Assembly: GCA_963746845.1 (NCBI GenBank)
Contig: CAVVCZ010000002.1
Location: 96,001 to 160,000, forward strand
Length of the DNA: 64,000 nucleotides
DNA from: an uncultured Chloroflexia bacterium
Lineage (GTDB): Bacteria; Chloroflexota; Limnocylindria; Limnocylindrales; CSP1-4
Direction of reading: 5' to 3'
Shown here: positions 21,235 to 30,651 of the stretch, piece after piece
Layout of the letters: the number at the start of each line of letters is the position of its first letter
How positions within the stretch are numbered: the first letter of the stretch is position 1
The notes under the pieces: model-generated
Seen by the model: only the letters and a program-made list of their open reading frames with translations
Database searches by the model: none
What the model was told of the DNA's origin: nothing
Made by a program: the position numbers and the translations under genes

Positions 21235-22326
21235 CGGGAGACGGCCATGACCGGCTCGGCGGCCGCCATGGACCCGGATCGTGGATCGCGGATGTCCCGG
21301 ATGTGCTCGACGGCGATCAACCACATCAGCGTCGACTCCGCTCCTTCATTGAGGTTGACCCCCGTCCGTGTGAGGCCGTCGCGACACGCCCCTCGCGCGG
21401 GGACGGCGACGTCCTCGGAGAGGTCATTGCCACCCAGGAACCACGCATAGCACCGTTCCATCGCGGCGAGCCAGGACGCATCGCCGGTTGCGCCGTAAGC
21501 GGCCTCGGCGGCGAGGAGCAGGGCCGTCGGCTCGATCGGCTGCTGGTCGAACTGCGACATCGTGCCGCCACGTGGCCACCACCCGTTCCCGACCGGTGTG
21601 AGGTGCCCATCGGTCGCGGTCTGCGCGTCGATGAGCCAGTCGAGGACCCGGAGGCCCGCCTCGAGCATCGAGTCGGACGCGAGCGCCCCTCCGGCGACGA
21701 TCATTGCACGTGGGAGCAGCGCATTCTCGTAGGTCACGGAGGACTCCGGCCACGGCCAGGCTCCGCCGACCCGACGCCGGAACCGTGCGTGCATCCGCGC
21801 CGCCAGCAGCTCGAGCATCGCGGCCGAGGAGCCGCCGAGGCGGGACTCCAGCGTGGCGGCACACCCGAGCATCACCGACGCCTGGGCCCGAGGGAACGTG
21901 AGCTCCTTCGCCGCGGGCAGGGCCGCGAGGAAGAGCGTCACGGCCTCGTCGACCAGTCGCGGATCCGGGGCGGCCGCGATCACGTCGCCCAGGGCGAGCA
22001 TCGCCCGCCCATAGCTGTCATCCGAGCCCACGCCGCCGATCCACGATCCATCGATCGACCGGAAGTTGCGGAAGCGGCCGCTGGCGGGATCCGCGGCGTC
22101 GTGGAGGAACCGCAGGCCCCGCGACGCGCTCTGCGGCCACGGCGGCCCAGCCGAGCCGGTTCGCGTGCAGCAGATCCACCTGGAGCGCGCGGGCCACGTC
22201 GTCGACGCAGTACCCGTGGGCCGGATCGGGCCGGGACCCGATCGCATGCTGGTGGATCCCGACGTCGTCCGTCAGGACGTCGAGGTGGTGCCGGTTGACG
22301 GGATGGAGCGGTGCCCGGTCAGACAC
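21231..22326 (-). CDS. Glycosyltransferase-associated accessory protein (frameshift near 22130)
   Basis: LTDDVGIHQHA..HGYCVDDVARAL; GRFRNF; DDSYGRA; FDQQPIE; WFLGGN; NLNEGAESTL. Confidence 0.75.
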
Positions 22327-23482
22327 CCGCGGCCGCCAGGACGGCCGGCCGCGCGAAGGTTCGCATCGGGGCGGCCACCCGGGCGAACAGGTCGCCGTAC
22401 TCGGCCCCGATCGCGGACCAGACCATCCGGCGACTATAGGCATACGCGCGGCGACCGATGGCCGATCGCAGCCCGGCGTCGCCGAGCACCTCGTTCAGCC
22501 CGGCGGCCATGCTCGCGGGCGATCCCGGCTGCACGAGGACCCCGCGTCCGTCCGCCAGGAGCTCGCGGGCGTAGGCGTACGGCGTCGAGACGATGGCTCG
22601 CCCGGCGCCCATGGCGTAGGAGAGGGTCCCGGACACGATCTGGTCGAGATTGGGATAGGGCGTGACGAAGACGTCCGCCGCCTCGAGCCACTGGGTCAGC
22701 TCGATCCGACCGACGAAGCGATCGACGAACCGGACGTGCCCCTCGAGGCCCAGCCGACTGACGGTGTCGAGCAGGCTCCGCCGATAGGACTCGCCCTGGC
22801 TGCGGATCAGGTCGGGGTGGGTCGCGCCGACCACGACGTACAGGGCGGTGGGATGGGCCGCGACGACGGCGGGCAGGGCGGCGAGCGCGAGCTCGTAGCC
22901 CTTGCCGGGGCCAAGCAATCCGAAGCTCAGGATGACCTTCCGTCCGTCGACGCCGAGACCGGGCTTGACCGTTTCCGAGTCGACGAGCGGCAGATCCGGG
23001 ACGCCGTGCGGGATCACGTGCAGGCGGTCGCGGTCGACCCCGTACGCGCTCGTCATGAGCGCCGCCGCCGACTGCGACATGACCACGGTCGCCGCCGTCC
23101 GGGCAACGAGGTCCGTGAGCAGCGCCCGCTGACGTGTCGTCGGGTGCTCCAGGACCGTGTGCAGCGTGGCGACGGCCGGGACGTCGAGCGCGCCGACGAA
23201 GTCGATCACGTGAGAGCCGTCGTCCCCGCCCCAGATGCCGTATTCGTGCTGGACCGAGACGACATCGACGCAGGCGGCCAGCTCACGGGCCGTCCGCACA
23301 TGGTCGTCCTGCTCGTGCTTGCGAATCCGGTGATGAACTTCGAGCGGATAGGCGGCCGACGCCTGCTCCGGCGGGTGCAGGGCCACGATCTCGCGATTGG
23401 TCGTGCTCGCGGCAAGGTCGTGGGTGAATGCGGCGATCCCGCAGTGGCGTGGCGGATACGTGGAAACAAACGCGGTGCGCAC
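22319..23482 (-). CDS. GT4 glycosyltransferase
   Basis: STYPPRHCGIAAFT, QHEYGIWGG, IPHGVP, FGLLGPGKGYE, SGTLSYA; AAAGGAG RBS. Confidence 0.9.
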   Translation of the reverse strand: MRTAFVSTYPPRHCGIAAFTHDLAASTTNREIVALHPPEQASAAYPLEVHHRIRKHEQDDHVRTARELAACVDVVSVQHEYGIWGGDDGSHVIDFVGALDVPAVATLHTVLEHPTTRQRALLTDLVARTAATVVMSQSAAALMTSAYGVDRDRLHVIPHGVPDLPLVDSETVKPGLGVDGRKVILSFGLLGPGKGYELALAALPAVVAAHPTALYVVVGATHPDLIRSQGESYRRSLLDTVSRLGLEGHVRFVDRFVGRIELTQWLEAADVFVTPYPNLDQIVSGTLSYAMGAGRAIVSTPYAYARELLADGRGVLVQPGSPASMAAGLNEVLGDAGLRSAIGRRAYAYSRRMVWSAIGAEYGDLFARVAAPMRTFARPAVLAAAGV

Positions 23483-23560
23483 GATGGCGTGGCTCCTTTC
23501 GGGGCCCCCGACTCGCTGCGCGGATTGATCCCGGACCCGGACGCGCGGTGCAGAGGGCGT

Positions 23561-23583
23561 GGCCCGCCGCGAGGCGGCGGGCC
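23561..23583 (-). terminator. GC-rich hairpin after the cold-shock gene
   Basis: GGCCCGCCGC-gag-GCGGCGGGCC 10-bp stem; no U-tract. Confidence 0.4.
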
Positions 23584-23591
23584 ATCGGGCG

Positions 23592-23795
23592 CTAGGCGGA
23601 TCGCACCTGGGTCGCGCGCGGGCCCTTCGGGCTCGCCTCGATCTCGAACTGGACGTGCTCGCCGCCGACGAGGCGGTCGAAATCGAGAGAGGCGTCGAGG
23701 CCACCACGATGGAAGAAGTATTCCTTCGAGTCCTCGGCGGCGATGAAGCCGAAGCCGCGGTCGGCGACGATCTTCTTGATGGTTCCGGCGGTCAT
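23592..23795 (-). CDS. csp: Cold-shock protein
   Basis: GTIKKIVADRGFGFI..EYFFH..KGPRA; GGGAGG RBS. Confidence 0.92.
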   Translation of the reverse strand: MTAGTIKKIVADRGFGFIAAEDSKEYFFHRGGLDASLDFDRLVGGEHVQFEIEASPKGPRATQVRSA

Positions 23796-23936
23796 GGTGA
23801 CCTCCCAGGACTTCCCGAACACCGATTGCAGATCGCACGGCCCGTTCGAAAAGGGGTCGACCACGCGGAGCCGTCGCACAGACGCAACGGCACCAAGCCT
23901 AGCACAAATGTTCGATCATGGGCGTCCGGGCCCGGG

Positions 23937-24590
23937 TCATCCCGCCGCCCAGGCCTGTCCGTCGCCGAGCGCCAGCGCCCGAAGCGCGTCCAGACGCGTC
24001 CGGGCGTCCCATGCGGTGACCCTCGCCACCTCCGCGACACCGAGGCCCAGGCCGCGGTCTTCCGAGATCCGACCTTCGAGCGTCCGGGTGGCGCCGTCGA
24101 GGGCCTCCCAATCGTCTCGGAAGCTCGCCCGCGCGATCTGGGCGGGAAACGCCGGGCCCCGAGGGAACGCCGCGTTGGCGGCGTCGACGATGCTGACGCT
24201 CTCGGCAAGCGTCGTGGTCATCGGTGGGTTGGACGGCATGTCGTGCGGGTCGCCCGCGTTCCCGATCAACCCGATCCGGACCAGCCGCCCGGACCGGCCG
24301 TGCGTGAACTGCCGGAAGACCATGGCGACCGTCCACATCAGGACGTCGAGCGCGGCCAGGATCGCGACATAGATTGGCACGTAGACCAACCCTCGGAACC
24401 GGCCGGCATCGGCGGGCATGGTCAGCGCGGCGAAGACGATGGGTGGCAGGAGCACGAACAGGACCAGGAAGACTTGCCGGCCTCGGCCATCGGGAAGCGG
24501 CGTTCGACCGAGGTGGAGCCGGATCAGCCGCATGGCCACCAGCCCGGTCATGGCGACAACCCCGAGAAGGACCAACTGCGGAAGCGGCAC
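23937..24590 (-). CDS. Hypothetical membrane protein (3 TM plus cytoplasmic domain)
   Basis: AAAGG RBS before GTG 24590; downstream of the operator/promoter copy. Confidence 0.65.
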   Translation of the reverse strand: MPLPQLVLLGVVAMTGLVAMRLIRLHLGRTPLPDGRGRQVFLVLFVLLPPIVFAALTMPADAGRFRGLVYVPIYVAILAALDVLMWTVAMVFRQFTHGRSGRLVRIGLIGNAGDPHDMPSNPPMTTTLAESVSIVDAANAAFPRGPAFPAQIARASFRDDWEALDGATRTLEGRISEDRGLGLGVAEVARVTAWDARTRLDALRALALGDGQAWAAG

Positions 24591-24694
24591 GGCGAGCAAC
24601 CTTTCGCCCGGGCGAGCGTTCGGGTCGTCACTCTTGCAAGCGGGGTCCACGAGACCACCGCCGGGAGACGCATCGGGTCCACCTCGGTGCCTCC

Positions 24695-24749
24695 AGTGAA
24701 CCACGTGGACACTCTGGTGTCAACTGTAGGTTCCATCATCAACTGTAGG
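24695..24749 (-). promoter_or_regulatory. Second copy of the XRE-associated operator/promoter
   Basis: Reverse complement reads CCTACAGTTGatgatggaaCCTACAGTTGACA, then N17-TTCACT. Confidence 0.75.
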
Positions 24750-24799
24750 CGACACGGATCGCGGGGACGTCCGCACCCGACACGATGCCCCGGACCGGG

Positions 24800-24828
24800 T
24801 GGGACACTTCGGCATCGAGGGGCATCTA
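24800..24828 (+). promoter_or_regulatory. Putative ECF leaderless promoter TGGGAC-N17-CATCTA
   Basis: CATCTA lies 6 nt before ATG 24835; no RBS. Confidence 0.45.
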
Positions 24829-24834
24829 CCTCGC

Positions 24835-25395
24835 ATGTCGGACATCGCCGTGCAGGACGGGACAGCTCGAAGCGCGACCGCTCTCGACGCGACCGTGCGG
24901 CTTGCCGCCCGCGGCGACGAGGCTGCCTTCGATCGGCTCGTCTCCGAGCACCACGCGGCGATGTCTCGCGTCGCCTTCGTGATCTGCGGCGACGCCGAGG
25001 TCACGCGTGACGTCGTCCAGACCGCCTGGTCGACTGCCTGGCGTCGCCTGCACACGTTGCGCGACCCCGAGCAGGTCCACGCCTGGCTGATCGCGATCGC
25101 GGCGAACGAGGCGCGCCAGTCGCTCCGCCGCCAGCGCCGGCGTCCGGTCGTCGACATCTCCGACGCCCTGGACCACGGCGCCGGCGGCGATCCCGCCGAC
25201 ACGATCGATCTCGTCGACCTGCAACGGGCGCTCAGCCGCGTGAGCCCGGACGACCGACGGCTCCTGGCCCTCCGGTTCGTCGCGGGGTTCGATTCGACCG
25301 AGATCGCCCGCCAGATCGGCGGCTCGGCCTCCGGCGTCCGGAGCCGCCTCGCGCGGCTCATCGATCGACTGCGAACGGACATCGACCATGGATGA
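24835..25395 (+). CDS. ECF sigma factor (paralog of 9668..10222)
   Basis: GDEAAFDRLVSEHHAAMSRVAFV; LRDPEQVHAWL; LRFVAGFDSTEIA. Confidence 0.92.
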   Translation: MSDIAVQDGTARSATALDATVRLAARGDEAAFDRLVSEHHAAMSRVAFVICGDAEVTRDVVQTAWSTAWRRLHTLRDPEQVHAWLIAIAANEARQSLRRQRRRPVVDISDALDHGAGGDPADTIDLVDLQRALSRVSPDDRRLLALRFVAGFDSTEIARQIGGSASGVRSRLARLIDRLRTDIDHG

Positions 25396-27793
25396 GCGGA
25401 TGAGCTTCGAAGCGCGCCTCGCCGACGCATTCGCCCGGTACGCCGACCTGGCGCCGGTCGCGGTCGACGGCTCGATCGCCGCAACCGCGATCGCGGCCGG
25501 CGGACGGCGCGGGTTCACGATGCCGTGGCCGCGAACTCGACGAGCGGTCGTCTGGGCGACCCTTGCCCTGCTCCTCGTGGCGCTCCTCGCCGCGCTCGCG
25601 GTCGGGGCGCTCGTGAGCCGGCACGACCGGCTGCCGGGTGCCTTCAGCCAGGCCGGTCCGAGCCAGATCCAGTTCGTCTCGGCGACCGCCCTCCTCGGCG
25701 ACGGCCGGGTTCTCGTCCTTGGAGAGAACGGCTACGCGGCGGACAATTCGTCGATCCCCGCCCGCGTGGAGCTGTTCGACCCTCGTACGTCGACGTTCGC
25801 GCCAACCGGCTCGATGGCCGCCCCGCGGTACAACGTCACGGCGACGACGCTCCGCGACGGGCGTGTCCTGGTCGCGGGCGGCGCCTGGACACCGCCTGGC
25901 GCGGGCGAGACCTCCGTCGCGACGGCCGAGCTCTACGACCCCCGAACCGGGTCATTCACGCCGACCGGGAGCATGGGTACCCGGCGCAGCCAGCACACCG
26001 CCACGCTGCTGGCCGACGGACGCGTCCTCGTGCTTGGCGGGATGACGTCGACGAACTCCGAGACGGCCTACATCTACACCGCGGAGATCTACGACCCCGC
26101 GACCGGGGTCTGGACCGCGGTCGGCTCGATGCGGGAGCACCGGTTCCTGTACTCGGCGACGCTCCTCCTCGATGGCCGCGTGCTCGTGGCAGGTGGCTGG
26201 GACGAGAACGGCAACGACCTGCGGTCGGTCGAGCTGTTCGATTCGTCCAGCGGCACCTTCCGGGACGGCGGGGAGATGACCGGCAACCGGCGCAACCAAG
26301 GCGCCGCCCTCCTGCCCGATGGCCGCGTGCTGCTCGTCGGCGGCGCGACCGGGAACTTCGACAGCTCCTCGGCGGAGCTGTACGACCCGGCGACGGGCCG
26401 CTCTGTTCTGACGGGCTCCCTGATCACCGGCAGGAGCGACGAATCGGCCACGATGCTCGCGGATGGTCGCGTCCTGATCGCGGGCGGCTGGAACGCGATC
26501 GGCAACCCCTTGAGCAGCGAGATCTATGACCCGGCCGCCGGCACGTTCCTGCGGGCGGCATCGGCAGCCAGCGATCACAGCCGGGTCGCGGTCCGTCTCA
26601 ACGATGGTCGCGTCCTGGTCCCGGGCTCGCGCAACGAGATCTTCGATCCGCTCGCCTCCACAGACGTGGCACCGGTCGCGCCTCGCCGGGACCGGACGTT
26701 CGTCCCGACGGGTCGCGCGCTCTACGACCGCACCGGCCATGTGGCGATGAGGCTGGCCGACGGCCGGGTGCTGCTCGTGGGCGGCCGCGAGTCGCGCGAC
26801 GGGGCCTTCGAGGACAACCGAGGGGGACCGAGCGCGGACGTCTTCGATCCGAGCGCCGGCTCGTTCAAGTGGATCGGCCCATTCGCATCCGGGGGCCAGC
26901 CCCAGGTCAGCAGCACCGTCCAGCTCCCCGACGGCCGCGTGCTGGCGCTGGCCCAGCAGCACGTCCATCGCCAGGGTCCCATCTGGGAGATCTACTCGTT
27001 CGATCCGGCGACCGGACACGTCTCGTTCGATGGCCAGATCGCCTCGGAGGCCGAGGTGGAGCGGTCCGTCCGCATGGTCGAGCTGTCGGACGCACGCGTC
27101 CTCGTCCTTGGCGCACCTCTGACGCCGCAGGCGATCCCGAACGAAGACATGGTCGTGTATCGGCTCGATCGGTCGCCAGAGCCTTCGACGATCGTCCACT
27201 CGGCCGACAGTCTCACGAAGATCGGCGACCTCCCGGGCTGCGGCAACATCACGGACGTCGTGGTCGGCGCGGGGGACCGGGTCGCCGTCGCCTGCCTCGC
27301 TCCCGATGCCGCCATCTCGTCGCTCTTCCTGTTCGACCCGTCGACGGGTGCCACGACGCGGCTTGACGCTCCACTCGGTGTGGGCCCCGCGGTCCTTGCT
27401 CGCCTCGCGGACGGTCGCGTTCTGGCAGCGGCGGGCTCCGGGACGACCAGCCTCCTGATCGTCGACGTTTCGACGGGCGCCTCGACGATGGTCGGCTCGA
27501 CGGTGATTGCCGCGCGCGATCCGTCCGCGTCGCCGACGGCGCCGGGGATGACCTTGACGCTCCTGGCAGACGGCCGTGTCCTGATCCTCAGCGGCATCGA
27601 CGCGAGCGTCTTCGATCCCGCCACGAACGACGTCCGTCAGGTGCCCGGACCTACGGCGTTGCGGATGGGCCAGACCGCGACGCTCCTCGACGACGGTCGG
27701 GTCCTCGTGTTCGGCGGGACGACCTGGCCGGCCGACACCGGCGTGCCCACGCCCCCGAGCGCAGAGATCTTCGATCCCGCCGCGATCCCCTGA
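25388..27793 (+). CDS. Single-pass membrane Kelch-repeat protein, putative anti-sigma/sensor
   Basis: MDERMSFEARL N-terminus, TM, repeated LxDGRVLVxGG..AELYDP; ATGGATGA overlap with the sigma gene. Confidence 0.85.
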   Translation: MDERMSFEARLADAFARYADLAPVAVDGSIAATAIAAGGRRGFTMPWPRTRRAVVWATLALLLVALLAALAVGALVSRHDRLPGAFSQAGPSQIQFVSATALLGDGRVLVLGENGYAADNSSIPARVELFDPRTSTFAPTGSMAAPRYNVTATTLRDGRVLVAGGAWTPPGAGETSVATAELYDPRTGSFTPTGSMGTRRSQHTATLLADGRVLVLGGMTSTNSETAYIYTAEIYDPATGVWTAVGSMREHRFLYSATLLLDGRVLVAGGWDENGNDLRSVELFDSSSGTFRDGGEMTGNRRNQGAALLPDGRVLLVGGATGNFDSSSAELYDPATGRSVLTGSLITGRSDESATMLADGRVLIAGGWNAIGNPLSSEIYDPAAGTFLRAASAASDHSRVAVRLNDGRVLVPGSRNEIFDPLASTDVAPVAPRRDRTFVPTGRALYDRTGHVAMRLADGRVLLVGGRESRDGAFEDNRGGPSADVFDPSAGSFKWIGPFASGGQPQVSSTVQLPDGRVLALAQQHVHRQGPIWEIYSFDPATGHVSFDGQIASEAEVERSVRMVELSDARVLVLGAPLTPQAIPNEDMVVYRLDRSPEPSTIVHSADSLTKIGDLPGCGNITDVVVGAGDRVAVACLAPDAAISSLFLFDPSTGATTRLDAPLGVGPAVLARLADGRVLAAAGSGTTSLLIVDVSTGASTMVGSTVIAARDPSASPTAPGMTLTLLADGRVLILSGIDASVFDPATNDVRQVPGPTALRMGQTATLLDDGRVLVFGGTTWPADTGVPTPPSAEIFDPAAIP

Positions 27794-28015
27794 GGCCGCT
27801 CGCCGAGGCCCGGGTCAGCCCGCAGGCGGTCTCGCTGTCCGATGGCCGAGTCCTCGTGGTGGCCGGTTCGACCGACGCCAACGGAAAGCTGTCGTTCGCG
27901 ACCGCCGAGCTGTTCGACCCCGGATCCTGATCGCCGCATGGGCGGTCGCCGAGGCCCGTCGGGTAGGCTGATGCGACCGCCGAACCGTTGCGGACCCGCG
28001 GATGCCGGAGACCCG

Positions 28016-28399
28016 ATGCCGAACCTCGTGGAGCTCGCCGAGATCACCCCGATCCAGGTCTGGGAGGACGTCGTCGCCCGTCGCGTCGAGGGCGAGAAGG
28101 TGACCCTCGCCGTCGTCGAGCTCGCGCCGGACTCCGTCGTGCCGGAACATCGCCACCCGAACGAGCAGTGCGGCATCGTCATCGAGGGCGAGTTGACGTT
28201 CCGGATCGGTGGGGAGGTCCGGCAGCTCGGACCCGGCGGAACCTGGCGGATCCTCTCCGACGTGCCGCACGAGGTCCACACGGGTCCAGCCGGCGCCGTC
28301 GTCATCGACGTGTTCGCGCCCGCGCGCGAGGACTGGGACGACCGGCCGACCGTCGGCACGGCGGAATCGCCGGCGGTCCCGGTCTGGCCGCGCGGTTGA
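28016..28399 (+). CDS. Cupin_2 domain protein
   Basis: VPEHRHPNEQCG..G..W..SDVPHEV..IDVFAPAREDW. Confidence 0.88.
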   Translation: MPNLVELAEITPIQVWEDVVARRVEGEKVTLAVVELAPDSVVPEHRHPNEQCGIVIEGELTFRIGGEVRQLGPGGTWRILSDVPHEVHTGPAGAVVIDVFAPAREDWDDRPTVGTAESPAVPVWPRG

Positions 28400-28457
28400 T
28401 CAGGATGGTGGCACCGCGGCCGGGGAACAGATCTCGTGCCATGATCGTCGCGGCGTC

Positions 28458-28901
28458 ATGAACCGAACTACGCAACCCATCGCTCTCGCCGCCGCCGTCC
28501 TGATGGCATCGATCCTCGTCGCCTGCTCCGGCGCGGCCGCACCGACCGCCGCTCCGTCGGGCGCCGGCCCGACGACACCGAGCCGAGGCGCCGCATCGCC
28601 GAGCGGACCCACCGGTGCGATCACGACCGCAGACGCCGCCGTCGCCGCCGTCCAGGCGCTCGACCCGCGGTTCGCCCTGGTCGAGCCGTACAACCCGGAC
28701 ATGATCGGTCAGTGCTGCTTCTCCAAGGTCGCGACCACCGCCGATGGCTGGACCGTGACGATCGAGATCGGCTGGGGGGACTGCCAGGCCGGCTGTATCG
28801 CCCGGCACCAGTGGGTCTTTGCCGTCACGCGCGACGGCGTGGTGACGCAGACGGGTGAGACGGGGCCGCCCGTCCCGTCCGGCGTCCCCGCCGGCGCCTG
28901 A
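28458..28901 (+). CDS. Lipoprotein, Cys-containing
   Basis: Lipobox LVAC; QCCF and GWGDCQAGCI motifs. Confidence 0.72.
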   Translation: MNRTTQPIALAAAVLMASILVACSGAAAPTAAPSGAGPTTPSRGAASPSGPTGAITTADAAVAAVQALDPRFALVEPYNPDMIGQCCFSKVATTADGWTVTIEIGWGDCQAGCIARHQWVFAVTRDGVVTQTGETGPPVPSGVPAGA

Positions 28902-28990
28902 CGGACTCCTCCGCGGGGAGCGAACGGCTTCCCGTCCGAGGTACGAATGGGCGATGGCTTCCCGGGCCCTGACCGCTCAACCTTCACGCC

Positions 28991-29218
28991 ATGAAGAAGC
29001 GCCTGCTCGTGTCGGCCCTGTGGTTCTTCGCGATGTGGAACGTCGGTGCGCTCATCGCGGACCTCTTCGGCTTCTCGCAGGCCCTCGCGCCGATCCTCGG
29101 GGTCGCGGCCGCGCTGATCATCGGCGTCGACCCGCGCGGGATCCTGTGGAACGTCCCCGCGAAGGAGACCGCGAAGGCCCCGCAGGCCCGGATCGACACG
29201 ATCCAGACGCAGGTCTGA
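28991..29218 (+). CDS. Small membrane protein (tandem paralog 1)
   Basis: KR..LWFFAxW...DP..LW shared with the next ORF. Confidence 0.7.
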   Translation: MKKRLLVSALWFFAMWNVGALIADLFGFSQALAPILGVAAALIIGVDPRGILWNVPAKETAKAPQARIDTIQTQV

Positions 29219-29239
29219 GCGAGCGAAGGAGCAGGGTCC

Positions 29240-29479
29240 ATGACGAAGCGAGCCGCCGCGGCGATCCTGTGGTTCTTCGCCGGCTGGTATGCGGTGGCCC
29301 TCGTGGCCATGCTGCTCGGTCTCTCGCCGTTCCTCGGACCCGTCGGCGGAACGATCGCTGCGGCGCTGGTCGCCGGTGACCCCTTCCACCTGATCTGGAA
29401 GCCGCGTCCGTCCCCACGCAGCGAGGCCGCGGGCACCGCCGCGGCAATCGGCGTCGAGTCCGCTCAGACGACTGTCTGA
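29240..29479 (+). CDS. Small membrane protein (tandem paralog 2)
   Basis: AAGGAG RBS; same motif pattern. Confidence 0.7.
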   Translation: MTKRAAAAILWFFAGWYAVALVAMLLGLSPFLGPVGGTIAAALVAGDPFHLIWKPRPSPRSEAAGTAAAIGVESAQTTV

Positions 29480-29508
29480 GCCGGGTCACCGCTCGGCGGC
29501 GACCCCCT

Positions 29509-30651
29509 TCAGCGGACCAGCTGGATGGCGCCCGAGTAGGTGACGAGCAGGTTCGGGTCCGGCGAGTCGTACGGGTTGCCGGTCGCCGGATCGAGTCCGA
29601 GCCGAAGAACGCCCTCGATGTCCTTGCCTCCCTTGATGTGGACGATCTCGAACGCCGAGTAGCCGACGATGTGGTAATAGCCGTTGCTGCCGTTGCCGTT
29701 TGCGGTGTCCCAGATCGGAACCCAGACCCACAGGTTGTTCGTCTCGACGTAGTCCACGCCCGGCGTCCCGTCATTGACAGACGCCTTGTTGCCCGGAAGG
29801 CTCCCGATGTCATTGCCATTTCCGGCGGCCGCCGAGGCGCTGACGCTCGTGCAGCAGCCGTACGTGTTCGGCGGCGCCGGCGGCGTCCCCCACTCGGTAT
29901 CGAGGAACGGCTTGCTGTTGGAACAGCCGCCCGACGAGCCCTGGCCAAGACCGAACGGGTCGTTGTTGGCATCCGGTCCGCTGCAACCGAACTTCAGCCA
30001 GCCGAACCCACCCGGGAGGTTCAGGGCTCCGGGCGTCAGGTGCTGGGTTCCGCACGACTCGGCCGTCTGTCCGGCCGGGCAGGTGGGGAAGGCTCCGGCA
30101 CCCTTGACGGAAGCAAGCGACACGCCGATCGGGACGACTCCGCCGCCGCCGCCGGTTGACGGCGAGATGGCGACCGCATTGGCACTGGCGATCCAGTTGT
30201 TGACGCCGATGAGACCGAGGAAGAACGGCCGCCACGAGGTCTGGGCGACGAGGGAAACGCCCTGCGCGGTCACGGGAACCTTGCCCGCAAGGCCCGGGTC
30301 GCCCACGTACGTCAGTCGGGTACCTGAACGGTCGACGTACCGCGGGCCGGTCGCAGCGTCGAACGTGATGGGCTGGGCGTGGTTCGACGCGAGAACGGCG
30401 GTGATCGCGCCCTGGACATTCCCGTCTGCTCCATTGACGGTGTCACCGAGCCGGGCCAGGGCAACGACTCTCGCGCCGGCAGTCGCGGCGAAGTCTGCGG
30501 CGTTCTGCGCCGTGCGTCGCTGGGCGAACGCGAACCCTCCGTCGACCACGAGCCCGATGACGAGGACGAGTGCGATCAGCGCCAAGGCAAACAGGACGAT
30601 CATCTGGCCCCGAGCGCGGCGAGCGGGGATGGGCATGCTGTTGTTCCTCAC
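29509..30651 (-). CDS. tadG: TadG-like pilus tip protein, cassette 1
   Basis: RGQMIVLFAL TM, VVDGG..QRRTAQNAADFAATAGA; Cys/Gly-rich C-terminal domain. Confidence 0.8.
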   Translation of the reverse strand: MRNNSMPIPARRARGQMIVLFALALIALVLVIGLVVDGGFAFAQRRTAQNAADFAATAGARVVALARLGDTVNGADGNVQGAITAVLASNHAQPITFDAATGPRYVDRSGTRLTYVGDPGLAGKVPVTAQGVSLVAQTSWRPFFLGLIGVNNWIASANAVAISPSTGGGGGVVPIGVSLASVKGAGAFPTCPAGQTAESCGTQHLTPGALNLPGGFGWLKFGCSGPDANNDPFGLGQGSSGGCSNSKPFLDTEWGTPPAPPNTYGCCTSVSASAAAGNGNDIGSLPGNKASVNDGTPGVDYVETNNLWVWVPIWDTANGNGSNGYYHIVGYSAFEIVHIKGGKDIEGVLRLGLDPATGNPYDSPDPNLLVTYSGAIQLVR

